From Tubulanus polymorphus (lineage: Eukaryota; Animalia; Nemertea), in assembly GCF_964204645.1 (NCBI RefSeq), contig NC_134028.1:14701653-14765652 (forward strand): 64,000 nucleotides of DNA, written 5' to 3'. Position 1 is the stretch's first letter, and each line of letters opens with the position of its first letter. Below are positions 23,690-37,230 of this stretch, one piece after another. Position numbers and translations under genes: made by a program. The notes beneath the pieces were generated by a model. The model was not told where the DNA came from and made no database searches. It saw nothing but the letters and a program-made list of their open reading frames with translations.

Positions 23690-24050
23690 GTAGGCTAAAA
23701 AGGCAATAAGACTAACAGTTAGAAGTGGATATTTTGAACACACTTCCCCATCATTCCATAGTGAAGAAATTTTAAAGATTTGTTTGGTATTCACAATAAT
23801 GGTCTCGGTCAATTCATGTATGGCTATTTCAACAGTGATCTCCCAGGTATTTTCAATAATCTGTTTTCCTTTGTACACAATATCCATAGAGTCCTTTCTA
23901 GAAATTTGATAGCATTCAATATACAATTAACCAAGTCCATAGCATTGTCAAAATGTCTTTTGATATCTAGGCCATTGCTTTGGAAATTTAAATCCTATCA
24001 TCTCAACATCAAGATTTTGAGTGAGTGGCCGAGTTACCTCATTACAAGTA
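23690..24050 (+). pseudogene. L2/Crack-type LINE ORF2 C-terminal remnant
   Basis: KKAIRLTVRSGYFEHTSPSF..ILKI, then GQFMYGYFNSDLPGIFNNLF..HRVLSR..RPLLWK. Confidence 0.65.
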
Positions 24051-27000
24051 TCATTGCCTTTTTCTGAATCAGCTATGTAACATCTTTGACCAGCTACATA
24101 ATTTTGGTGGCACATCATCGTGCGATGAATTCAAGCATTTTCAAATTACTTTTGCATCTGTGATGGCAGATGATAGATATTCAAGTTATTGCAGACAACT
24201 TTGATTTCATCACAGAATGGTCAGAAATCAAACCATGGCTTAGCTATGATCAAAACACAACCTGGAAACAAAACGCCAGAAGGAACATGGGTTACTAAAC
24301 ATTGCCTAGTTATGAAGTGCATTAAGTGGTGGTAAACCAGATCCCTCATGCTCTTATCACATGATGTGACTGTCTGTGATGTATTCAAGTCCTGAAAAGG
24401 TGCAAAATGCAAGCACAACGCCCCTCCCACAAAGCGTTTTGGGCATAAAAACCCCTCAATTGATTAGCGGTACTGACCTGGTAGGAAAAATTTTAAGATT
24501 TAAAAGATGATCTAACTTCTTACCTGTAAAAAGCTACACGGAGTGCCCGTTGCTAAATCTAGTGTCATATTGCCTAAGACTAGGCAGGTTTTTCCTGATT
24601 TATGGATGACAATCTTTCCAACAGATCCATCATGAAAATCTTTTAAACTGGTTCCTTTATTTACATCTTCATTCTGAAATAGTGAATGATCAAATAAATG
24701 AGATATTCATCTTCAATATTAAGATCAATATTACATTTTCTAATTAAAAAGTTTTAACTGGAATCCCAGTACTACTGCTGATAAAAAAATCCTGAAAATT
24801 CTATCTAACAACCAAACAAGCATGGAAGGTTCAAACCACAAGAGAAAATTTGTTTGAAGCTTCTAAGGCTATTTGATGCTTCTTATAGCCGATATTCACA
24901 AAATTCGCCATGTTTTAAAAGCTGACCAAAATAAAACTGTTAACCTGTGAAATCAACAAGAGCTCCAAGGGACACTATGGCCAGCCTGTCAGCTTTTCAT
25001 AAAATGGCAAATGATGCATTCTGTGGGTTAAATTTGTCCTACACTCCCAGCTATTAGACTATAGTCAATCTCAGGCTAATAATTTACACAATTGAATCGT
25101 GTTTTCATAAGTAGCAGTCCCAGACAGCGACTGGAGCTGGCAGGAACAATTACTTACTTCATCATACTCCATCTCTCCTTAGCTGCTTAGCCTAAACAAA
25201 TACCGATATACAGTTTTCCTTTGACCTCAGATAAATCTTTTCCCTTAGTCCTATTGATTTGAATGCGGAACAGAATTGAATTTTCTGAAATTTGCCCAAC
25301 AATATTGAATTGGATTTGCTGTTTTACCTTGTTCAATAAAGTAAAATTGAATTGGATTTGATCTTTTTTTTGCAGAATAAAATTTGATTGAATTTGCAGT
25401 TTGAGCACATGGCTAATTAGCATATCAAGGTCATCCATCCGATTTGAGAAAAAGCTATTTTTCCCAGACTTTGCACAATTCCCAGTGGGCACACAACCAA
25501 TTTTCGACATTGATCCTACGTTGAAGACCGTGACATCGAAATACGAACGTGGATTTACATCCTGATGGTTGCGTTTACGTCGCTTAAGATGTTGTTTTCA
25601 AAGTTGTATCAACATAGGTATAAAACACGTTCCATTCTTTAAATAATTGCCCATGGGCCAAGAGGTTTACCGCAGCCTTATGAAATGCACGACATAAATC
25701 AACATATGTCAGAAAAAGAAACAGCCAAGGGCACACGAGCGTATTTTTTCGCCCGATCGCGACGATTAAATCCACAGATAGATATCGAACCGAAATTCTG
25801 ACAGCGTACGTCGTAAATTGCGTGAAATCAACAATGCATACTATCAGTTCATGAAAACAGATCGCTGGGCAGCCAGTGAGTGATGTGCCCCTACTTTGTA
25901 GGGATACGAGTAAATTCGGTCCCAGTCAGAAAGATGATCCGAGTCGCAGTTACGCCACTTCATCGACGATTTCATCGCACCGCAGCCGTGACGGTACGGT
26001 GAGGGAATGGAGCGTCATGACAATGTGCAGGCAAATCGCTCAAGAATTCAAGAATTCCCCACACAATGCCTAGGCATAAACGGGATCACAGCAGCCAACC
26101 GTAGCATTACATTTGATGACGATTAGTTATATCCTAAACAATACTAGTTCGCCTGTTCGGTGTTTTCTATATGCAAATAAGTATTGCGTAAAATTCATCG
26201 GCATATTCATATGCAGATTTCATTCACCAAAATAAGCACTGGTGCACTAAAAATAAATTTTAGAATGCAAAATATTTTCAAATTAATATTCCTATTCATA
26301 CAATATAGATTTAGAATACAAGTTTGGCAAGGAAAATGTGTTACTAAACAGTCTATCGACGGGACTCCGTAGCAGGTGTGCGTAGATCTGATTTGTTGTT
26401 GCGGTGCATAGGGAACCCCGTTAATAAGAAATCTCCGTCAAAACGTCATAAATGTAGGTTACGGGTGTTTACGCCATAAAACCCGAGGATTGGAAAAATC
26501 CGCCGACAAAAATATCGTTTTCGGCAGAAATCTCCGAGGAATCGATAGCTACGATCCCGGTTCTTTGCATGCGGCTAGGCGCTCATGTCATGGACCGTTT
26601 GCGCTCATACAAATCAGCACCACTACTAGCATAAAAAAACGTACCACCAAAAAGCGGACGCACCCGCTCAAAGTGACGGCATAGGAAAACCAAAAAGACA
26701 ATTACTGAATCATTTTCATTATATTTTGAAAAAATCTATGTGCTTATAGTAATTAATACGAAAACAACACTTTGTGCTAAAATTAATCTTTATCAATGGG
26801 ATTCGAACACGGAGCAAGTCACGTAGAAATTCCGGTTAGAAATCGAAGTGATATTTATATTTTCTTTATTGAAGAGACAACTATCTTGAATTATTGGGAA
26901 ATTAGAATAATGCCAGCGTTACCTTAGCGATGTATGCACTACTTTGCATTGGACTTGAAATCATGGGACTCGAACCCCACCGACCCGAATCAATCGATCC

Positions 27001-28861
27001 GATGTTGTAACATCGCAGCCATTTTGATTATCAGGCAAAGGAGAGTCAGAGAGTCACCCGAGATCCCGCAGTGTTTCAAATAAAGGTAAGCTATTGTAAC
27101 TTATTTGATATGAATGGAAATATATGCCCTTATAGGCCGATATGGTGTGACTGTTTTTTCATAACACGGCCGCTGGTGGATTGAAGCAATTGAGAAACGA
27201 TACACACGCAAAACTTTTCCCTCGGTCACACTGACAGTGACAGTGACAATACGCTAACTACGCCACCACAGCGCTAACTACAGTACACTGCGACGCTCAG
27301 AGAACCATCGACTTTTGGTGTAGTTTATCAGTACACTCAAGTGACAACAAGAAAGAAATTCTAAAAATGGGCTTGCTGACATGGTTGTACTGAAAGCTTG
27401 CTTGGTGGTTTTGTATTTCTGTTGTAGAATTAATCGAACTTTGAACTGATTACTTGTTAAAGAGCCAAGAGATAGGTCTTACATCATTACATGAAATGTT
27501 ACACAAAGGGACTGGGAATCGGAATGGTTTTATTGTAGACGTGGACCAAGTTAGTGCAAGCTTTTGGATTTGTTATTAGGGTTTTCTGTTACATCACAGA
27601 AAACCCTATTGAGATTCGCGTGTTTCTTATTATTATTATTATTATTTTTCTCCACACTTTTTTAGCCAAAAGTACATAGGCTTTTTACATTACTGCTGTT
27701 GCCGATACAATCCGTCTGATATCATTCAGCTCACTTCGATCTACAAATACTCCGTGCGCATTTTGAAGAATCAACGTTACAAAAGCACTGTCGGGCCGTA
27801 AACATCGAAAATTGAGCCCCATTCAAAGAGCCGACATGTTTTTCTAAGTCGTCTTTCCGAAATCAACCGCACGTTTCTTGTCAAGTCGATTATCAATTCA
27901 AGCATAAATTGACAAATTTATTACCCAAAGATTGCACATTCAGCCGCGGTTTTTAAAAAACTAATTTAAACAATAGCGCATTCACCTCATCAAATCATAT
28001 TATCGATACACAGGAAATTTACTACTTTAGATTCTAAAAGCACTGTCGAGCCGTAAACATCGACTGATCGACGTGTGTCGCTACATCGTCGTTCCGGAAA
28101 TCAGCTGAGAGTTTCTCCTCCTCATGAGAATCAAATCGAGTACAAATTTATTTATTACTACCAGTGATTTGGCAATACCTTTAACCATACCTTTTTTCAA
28201 TTAACCTTGTATTTGCTAAGATAAATCATTAGAGTACCGGGGAGTCGTAGGCCTAAACTAAACACGCCGAAGAGATATAGCGGAGAAACGCTGTTATGTC
28301 GACGATGTATCAAAAGAAACAATATAATACTTCATTCAGCCGCGGGCTTCAACCATTTATCAATACTCTATATTTTCAACAGTACATACCGATCTTTGTC
28401 AAATGCACAAGGTATTTACTAAACACAAGTATATAACACACTCCTATCCGTATGCTGGACTCGCATTCACAGTATGAATGTTGCGTTTGTTAACGGACTC
28501 ATTGGATTTAACTTCATAACAAAATTTACGATATTTAGGAGGGTTGTTATTCAATAGGCCTACGACCAATCTGTCCGGATGTTAGGCCTACGCATATACT
28601 TAGGCCTACATAGGCTAGTAGCCTCAAATAGGTTAAAGCTAAGTTCACTGTAAAGGAGGAATCGGATTTATTAAAATGCATGTTAATTAGTGATTAACTG
28701 GTAGTGACTTGCAACGATCAATCACAATTATCTATTTTATTGCCAATAATGAGGATTTTTTTGAAAATTTCGCCTGAGCAGACAGCTTTATAAGCCAGAC
28801 TTTTCATTTGAGTTTTTTCATCATAAATGAAACTGTTTTTTTATTAATTCCTAATAAGTTA

Positions 28862-29137
28862 AGCCGGGCACAGGTCGGCCTTGCGACAGCTTGTGACTCA
28901 CTGCGACACCATTCACTGCGACCGCCAGCGACGATTGTGTCGCAACGACTCATCGCCCTACGCTCCCTTGCGACTATTTTCTGTGATGCAACGCGACACG
29001 ACTGTCACAACCGACCTACGCGCTCTTGCAACTGGCAGAAACTAGTCGCACGAAGTCGCTGACAATCGTATCGCCACCAAAACTTGCAATGCAACGCGAG
29101 GATCGCATTGCGTCGCAAGGCCGACCTACGTCCGGCT
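28862..29137. mobile_element. PIF/Harbinger (Tourist-like) MITE with TTA duplication
   Basis: TTA|AGCCGGGCACAGGTCGGCCTTGCGAC ... GTCGCAAGGCCGACCTACGTCCGGCT|TTA; partial copy at about 15325-15472. Confidence 0.8.
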
Positions 29138-29587
29138 TTAAGTTACTGCGGAGCCCCAGAAATATCTTTTTTTCGTTCAAAAGGCCTTTCGCTTGAAAAT
29201 TTTTTCGTCGGAACAAAATTTATTTCGTCCGAACCAATAATATTCTGTTCGATTGAATCAATTTGAAAAAAATCGTCAGAACAAAGTTGAAGAAACTTTT
29301 TTTGTCCAAACGAAAGGTTTTTCGTTCGAACAATCGTTCGATCGAACAGAATCGTTCTAATTTGAACTGAATTTTCTTGTCAGAACATTAAGTTTTTCGT
29401 TTGAACAAGTATGTTGTAAAAAGTTTTTTCTCCGAACCAAAAGTATTAGGTATTTCGTTCAATAGCACAGAATTGTTTTCATTCAAACATTCGTTCGAAA
29501 AAAATAGTTTTCGCTCAACAGAATTTTTTTGCCAGGACAAAAAGTTTTTCATTTCAATAATAACATAGCTTTTTATTCGAACACATC

Positions 29588-30853
29588 TTTAGGCTACTTG
29601 GGACTTTAGTCCTAGCGGGCTTTTGCGTTCTCTTTTCGTACGTCATCCGTCCGTCCGTAGTCGGAATCCAGTTATTTTAGGAAGTTTTGAAGACGCTTTA
29701 ATGCAATGTCTTGATATTTGGGTTACACATGTATCTACCCTAGACACATCTTCAGCCCACAAACTGGCCCTGTCAGAATCAAGATGGCTGACTGGCAGCC
29801 ATTGATGTTTGCCAAAAAACAGCACTTTTCATACATTTTTGAACTTTTTGAGGGAAATTTTGAAGACGCTTTGATCAATTACCTTGATCTTTCGTATATA
29901 TTTGAATCCCCCCAGGGCCCATGAGCATAACAAGAATTGGGTCGATCGAACTCAAGATGGCCGTCCTATGACCTTTTTAGTGCCCAAAAATGTCAATTTT
30001 GGCCCAAATTCTGAATCCTGTAGCTTCCTACTGGTCTTCCATTTCTCATTGCAATTGCTGATGGGTATTCTTTGGAAAGGGATGTTTTATAGCTGAGATA
30101 GGCATTTTTGATCAACCAATTATGACGCAATTGGTGGCCATCTTGGTGTCACCAGTACTCTTTCGTAGGTGGGAATAAGTTTTTCGACATTATCTTGATA
30201 CCTAAGCATATTTTGCCACCGCAATGAATTAGAAAGTTGTAGCTTATAAGGTGTTCGATGATTGTAGTGAGTTTCAAGGTCATTAATTTTTGTCATGGCC
30301 ACCAGGAGGCGTTGAATAATATAATATCTTAGTATTTCTATATTATATTTGTACCGATGCATATTTTGTTACTACAATCAATTGCAAAAAAAGTTGTAGC
30401 TCATGACATTGCCTATGATTGTGGTCTGTTTTAAGGAAATTAGTTATTCTATATGGTCACCAGGGGCATTGAATAGTAGAATAACTTAGTATTTCCTTAT
30501 TATATTTGTGCCTAGGCATATTTTGTTAACATGATCAATTGCAAAGTTGTAGTTCATCACATGTTCTATGATTGTGGCGAGTTTCAAGGTCATTGGGTCT
30601 GAATATGGTCACCAGGGGGCGTTGAATTGTAGAATAACTTAGTATTTCCATATTAAATTGGTAACGAGGCATATTTTGTTATCACAATCAATTACAAAAT
30701 CGTGGCAAATGACGTGTTCTATGACTGTGGTGAGTTTCAAGGTCATTGGTTTTTGTATATGGTCACCAGAGGACGTTGAATATTGAAATTATTAGATTGT
30801 TGAGCATTCGTTACCACTTCCCAAGTGGGCATGGTGTCTCTGGACCCCTAGTT
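29588..30853 (+). mobile_element. HINE family 2 full copy with ~151-158 bp internal tandem array
   Basis: 5' TTTAGGCTACTTGGGAC plus (TCCG)n; 3' TCCCAAGTG subTIR and GGTGTCTCTGGACCCCTAGTTTT; about four ATGGTCACCAG-containing units at 30140-30790; inserted in a T run. Relatives at about 34035-34130, 41280-41715, 43680-44340 and 51175-51360. Confidence 0.8.
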
Positions 30854-33800
30854 TTGTCAGAATGAAGAAAAGTTTTGGTTCAAACAAAAAGCTTATTGTT
30901 CGATCAAACAGAATAGTTTTCATTCCCACAAGATTTTCCTGTGGGAACATTAAAGTTTTTGGTCGAACGGCGTGTTAAGGTCGTTTCGGAAATTTACTCA
31001 GTGTGGTATATTTTGGATTACTGTGTATGTCATTTGTCAGGACATTAAACAGAAGACGACTTAGGATACTACCTTGCGTGAATCCACTAGTTAGACCGAC
31101 TAATTCCCAGATGAGGCGTTCCGTTGAGTTTGGCTACAAGTTTTCGTCAGAGATAACTGCTGAGCCATTTGAGCGACCTATCATTGATAATGTTTCCTTA
31201 TAGCTTGTTTAGTAATGGCTGATGTTGTGCCTTATCAAATGCTTTGTCGAAATCCACCGTTGAACAGGATTCTAAGACTGTGCAGAAAACCCGTTATCGC
31301 TGCTTTGCAGCTATATTTTGAATATTGAAGTGTCTTAACAGAATCTATCATCATGTTGATAATTTGCTAGATTACTTATCGGATTGTGTGGAAATGATTT
31401 TGCATAGAAAAATTTAAAGCTGAAAGAAAAAATGTGACTAACATAGATAAGAGCCACGATTTTTCTTTTTACAATAATAAAGACATTAAGCAAGATTAAG
31501 TTACATTTCCTTCAAATGACAATCCACTACGATCATCCGATAAAGTTTATTGCCACCATAGGCTACTGCCCACTAGCTCTTTGAAGAGACAGGGAACCAG
31601 TCTTCCATTCCATTCAGAATTTATTTTACTGAAAAGTAGTTCTTAAGTTTTAGATATTTAAACTGAAAAATATAAATGTTCATACAGAGATTTTACAAAT
31701 GGCTGCTAACGCAAGCACCCAATGAAAGTAAAAGAAAATTAAAAGAATTTTTAAAAAACGTGAAAGTAAATGTTTTTTTGTGAAATTTTATGTCAATAAA
31801 GAATGAATTAAATTGTCGGCAGCACTATCCCGCGCATGAATACCAATTTCAAGACTGATCACGCACGCTGAAACAAGGTTGGTATGCGCTGCTGAAATAA
31901 CAAAAACGATTAAACAAAATCATAAAACAATGAAAACGACAACCAATATAGCCAATATACGAAAGGAACCTAGATTTTATTACTGCATAAATGTGTGTAA
32001 ATATCAGAACCCAAGAAAGTTATCGACTCCCCAAGCAAGTTAATAATCCGTGTGATAGCAATATGGGCTTGCAAGCATGCAAGCCCATGAAAACTGTCAC
32101 TGGCTTGCGATCAGTAGGTATTCATAATAGACATAGCCTAGCTCTACAGTTCTGAATGAAACCCAGCAGTACTAGCCCGAGGAGCGTGCTGTTTTACATG
32201 ATTGCACCCACACCTTAGGCCTACTGTAATTATATTAAGCCAATCAGATTCCCTTTTTCATTTTAGCCCTTATTATTCCATTTATCCATGAAATTTTCCT
32301 CGGCAATGATACAAAATGCAATCTGATTGGTGCGCAGGAAAACTTGTAACAAACCTGTGTGTAACGGGGTTCGTGCTGAAGCTGAGTCTAGTTATGCCAT
32401 TGCAGTTTAGCTTAAAATATTCATATGAAATTTATCCTGATTTTCAGTTTTTCTGCTAGAATTCCCAATAACATTCAATGCATTTTCTTCATTTTTATCA
32501 TTAATCATGTACAATAAATCAATAAATCTGTGACTGCCCGCCCCACAGTTTTTTTGGAGTATGCTCACTTCAATATTTTGTCAGTTTGGTTTGTGTGCGA
32601 TGTGAGATTCACGTAGGCCCCTATTTTCTCTGATGAAACGTGGGGGGGGGGGCGTTTTTTGTTGGCGGTAACTAAGGCCTTCATCATACTCCATCTCTCC
32701 ATAGCTGCTTAGCCTAAACAAATACCGGCATACAGTTTTCCTTCGACCTAGCCTCAGTTTTCATGCCAGTCATAGGCTATTACCATACAAATGGAGTGAA
32801 CTTAAATGCCGTAGTTTTCACATGAAAGGATTTCCAATTGAACGTATGAATCATACTTTGAGCATTATCCATTCTCAAATTCCTAAGTAGTCTATCCGAA
32901 TTTTGAATCTCGTTGAAATTTACATCGGTTTTTTGGAAAATTTGATTGCAAAATAGCAGATTTTAAGAGCCAATCAGAGGGCAAAGGCTCTGTCTAGAAT
33001 CTGCAGAAATCAGCAGCATTTCACGTGATCCTGTGGTATCGGCTACTGTTTTAACTTCAGGGTTTTATTTTTAAATTAAAAATTGATTTTCAAGATCGAT
33101 TCCTGTAAAATCCTGATTTGGTTTTTGGGAGTTCTTAAATGCACTACAAAAATATCCCAGACAACTGTGCAAGGGTTGGGAAAAATTGCTTCGTATCAAA
33201 TCGGTGATAGGCATGGATGGCCGTATTGTGCTCATTAGCCAAGGTGCTTGTATTGCAAATTCAATCAAATTCTATGCAAGGGAAAATCCAATTAAATGTT
33301 ATTTTATTGAACAAAACCTCATCCAATCCGAATTTCCTTTTCTTATGTTCGAATAAATGAGATGAAGGAAGAAATATGATCTGAAGTATTGGTTGCTGCC
33401 ATCTTCCTGTCAATGTTACTTTAAAAAAAGATTATTGTACTGTGTAAATTTCATGTGAGCCGAATGTGTATTAATATGAAAAATCCATTGCATCGATAAT
33501 ATTAATGGCTAAAGTGCCCCGTGGGGCCGATGTTTGTCTTATTATTGCATCAATGAAGTAAATTTCAGATTAAGAAATCCTTATATTATATAAATGATAA
33601 TGAATAATCATTAATGAAGTTTTATTTTCAAAAATCAATTCAACTTGTTTAAAATCTCATAGCGCTTAGAGAATTTTGAAATGAAAAACAAAGCATTGTA
33701 ATCGATGCCATATGCTGTGTTAAATGCAGACTGAGGCAGTCAATTCAGTACTTATAAGGCCACACAAAGAAATACCCTAGTTTCTTGTCAGATTATCATT

Positions 33801-34435
33801 TTTTCCTAGAAACTGACGATGGCGGGCGAATTTTATTTCTTTTGCCTTTTTAAATAAAATAGTTGAAATAAAAAGGGAAATTTTCCATGCAAAAAAAACT
33901 GTTATAAGCTCCCTAAACCTATAAAACCAACTATATGGTCACATTTAATTGAAACTGAGACAATCATTTTCGGTATTTTCATGCTTCCTCGAAATGAAGT
34001 AAGAAGAAAGGCACATGCCGCTGTTAACGAATAACTAGGGGTCCAGGGACACCATGCCCACTTGGGAAGTGGTTTCAAATGCTCAACAATCTTACAATTT
34101 CAATATTCAATGCCCTCTGGTGACCATAAACAAAAACCATCATGATCTGATGATGACGATGATGACAATGATGGTGAATCATCTTCGAGTTTATCTGATA
34201 ACGATCAAAATGAAAACAACAATGAAGATGATGCATGTCCATCTTTTCGAGATGAATTAGCGATGTGGGCAGTCAAAAATAGAATTACATGCTCTGCTGG
34301 TAATGAACTATTTGGAATTCTGCGTGAATCTGGACATGAACTTCCTGGAGACCTTCGTACTCTTTTAGAAACGCCAAGAAAGGTCACCCACGACGAAAAA
34401 TGTGATGGAAGACATATTTACTTTGGTTCGGAATG

Positions 34436-37230
34436 GGGTTCCAGAACTTCGCTGAAAAAGCTGAAACATTGAAACGCTGAAATGCCTAAAAGAAAATGCT
34501 GAAATTTCAGGGAATTTCCCAAAAACACTGAAATCGTGCTAGGAACCGACAATACACGTTTTGAATTTTTTCTGGGCCGGGACCGCTGCCGAGTCCTGAA
34601 CCTTTGCTTTAGTCTCTACCTAATGTTTGGTTATAGAGACATGCATAAACAGTATGAATCAAAACCCTATCACAACCACACAAGCCAACTTTAAACACTA
34701 TGCTGAATATTCCAAGAATGTGGTTTACTAAGATGAAAAAATCTTATTTGAACATTTCAATGTACCATATTTTCCGGTGTACAAGTCGACCCGGTGTATA
34801 AGTCGAGGTCAAATTTTCAGTTTAAAAAGTTGTGCTAGGGCTATAGTCGGTGTAAAAGTCGAGTCGCTTCTTCATGTGTATACATATGTCACATTGAAAA
34901 CAGTGCCGATGTCATTCTCATAGTAGTTGAGAGTCTTTACCACTGTTTGCATTATTAAATCATTGGGATCTGTTGTTTCTAATATTAAATTACCGGATTA
35001 GTGCTCATTGTTTGTATCCACGTGTTGAATGTATAGTGTATACATTGAATGCCGCGCGCCTGTAGTCTAGTATTAGAATGCTGTGTATCGATTATTGGCA
35101 CGCTGCCACAGCATCGCGGCTTATATAAACACTGTACAATGAATATACGCGGTTTTCTTTCTTTTTTGATTTTTAACATTAGTTAATTTTGAAACATTGG
35201 TCTCAAAAACTCGACTTATACACCAGAAAATACGGTATATAAAATATGATTAGGAGAACCACTTTTCTTTTGTCAACACGTCACACATGACTATGGGCCA
35301 CTGTGGTGTTCTCTGTTGGAGACTGGAGGTAAGTTAAATTTGATAGCTAGTTATAATGATGATGCGGCTTTTGGACAGGGATCTTACTTAATTTCTTTTA
35401 ATTCATTGTTCACATGGAATAGATTTAACAATTTCAAATAATTTATTTGCTGTGGTGAGAAAATCATCAGGTTTTTCAAGAAATGACATAGCATCTGTTA
35501 GAAAAATGTATCAATTCTTATTTTTAGACTATCTATAAAAGGAGGAATCATGGACCAATTCAAGTTGATTTGCTAAGATGGACATACAGATACCGAGAAA
35601 AGACTTCTTGTAGCAGCAGTGATTATATTTCATGCAATCAGATGCCACCAGTGAACTTCAACTGTGAAATTTGCAGCAGGGATAGCTAAACGACGCAATT
35701 TTAAAAAATAAAATAAAACAAACGCTATTTCAGTAATAACTTGATTCAACCTGAGAAAAATAAGTCAACAGCTGATGTACAGTAGTACCCCGCCTTACTT
35801 GGTTTTCCTGGGACCAAATTTGTAGTCTTTAAAAGCTAACCGATATTCCGAGGTAACAAAGGGGATTTCAATAGAATACCAAGCAATGGAACCAGAATTC
35901 AAGCCCAAGCTAAGCGAATCTGTGGCTTTAACACTTGATTCGGATAAAATGTAGAACTGATTTCTTTTGTGTAAAATGTATAATGTATAACTTAAGCTGT
36001 TAATTAATATAGTTAGATTAACGTTCAATTATTGGATCTTTCTTGTCGACTGGTTTTATTTTGAGAGTTTAGAGTTCCAGTTAATCCACAATGTGCAGTG
36101 CCTAGCCTTCATCTACACTAAAGCCAAGCCTGTGTATGGGAAAATGTTGTTCGACTCTCATAGGCCAGACAAATCGAGGTATGAATGCAGATGGTAGTCT
36201 CCAGCAACTTGAGAAAGTAAACCAAGTTTTGACCTCTACCCGGGGACGACCCTTTAAGGCCTCCTTGTAGAAAATGTAGAAATATTAAACCCAATCGAAG
36301 CTATGCTTAAGAAAAATGACAGTTGAACCTTTATTTACGAATTTCAATGACACCGAAAATAAAATCGAAATAATCAAATTTCAATGCTAGCACTTATTAT
36401 GGGTTGTCAGGTTCAGCCTAACTGTACTTTCATTCAACTACTTCTTGTATGAAACGTGGAAATGAGAAGTTGCAAGGAGTTACCAAACAATAATAAAAAC
36501 AATTGAGAATTAGAATTACTGTAGTTAAGAATTTATTCAAATGAAGTGAAAACTTCATTGTTAGCTCATACGGGTACATACATGCACAAAAAACAATAAC
36601 AACAATCTATATCATGATGCACAGACAAATGGAAGTAAAATATTATTCATTTATTTTCCATTTTGGGGAAGCATGATGGTAGTTTTTGGAACTGCAGTTT
36701 TGATGAACTAATTTTTGGCTAGTAAGTATCATGTTATACAGTTTGTCCTGAACAATTATTGTTCCTCCTGATTCAACTGAAGATTCCGGCTCTTGTCAAG
36801 GAAATGAGGTCCTCCATCAATCGATCAAAAGTTGAGCTCAGACCACTATCTCATTTGCCGAAATTATGGCAACATTTATGGGGGACCTCTCCTTCACTAT
36901 AGCTACTATGGTCCGGCCATATGCATTTTCAAGCTACTAACCTATTAATTGTGATCTGATGCCAGTTGAAAATGTTGAAGGGAGCCGAAGACAACGACCT
37001 TGTAGGCGTATCTCTATAACCCGAAAAAATCGGTGAAGACTAAAGCACGGTTTAGGACCCGGCAGCAGACACCGGGCCCGGAAAAATTTTCGAAACGTGT
37101 ATCGTCGGTTTCTAGCACGATTTCAGCGTTTTTTGGGAATTCCCTGAAATTTCAGCGTTTTTCTGGAATTCCCTGAAATTTCAGTGTTTTATTTTCAGCG
37201 TTTCAGTGTCTCAGAGAAGTTCAGGAACCG
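34436..37230. mobile_element. Mutator-like non-autonomous element with ~180-195 bp TIRs and a 9 bp TSD
   Basis: TTCGGAATG (34427-34435) and TCCGGAATG (37231-37239); GGGTTCCAGAACTTC... inverted as ...GAAGTTCAGGAACCG; inverted similarity spans 34436-34617 against 37035-37230. Confidence 0.85.
34765..35235. mobile_element. Tc1/mariner-type MITE with TA duplication
   Basis: TA|CCATATTTTCCGGTGTACAAGTCGA ... TCGACTTATACACCAGAAAATACGG|TA. Confidence 0.85.

Larger units (their letters stand above)
27573..31319 (+). mobile_element. HINE family 1 copy B, containing a family 2 insertion
   Basis: Same termini as copy A in the opposite orientation; colinear with 14646-16893 apart from 29588-30853 and indels. 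Confidence 0.85.

Noticed and set aside
25481-25869. Possible MITE with CCCAG...CTGGG ends
   Set aside because: The inverted match is too short and no TSD was found
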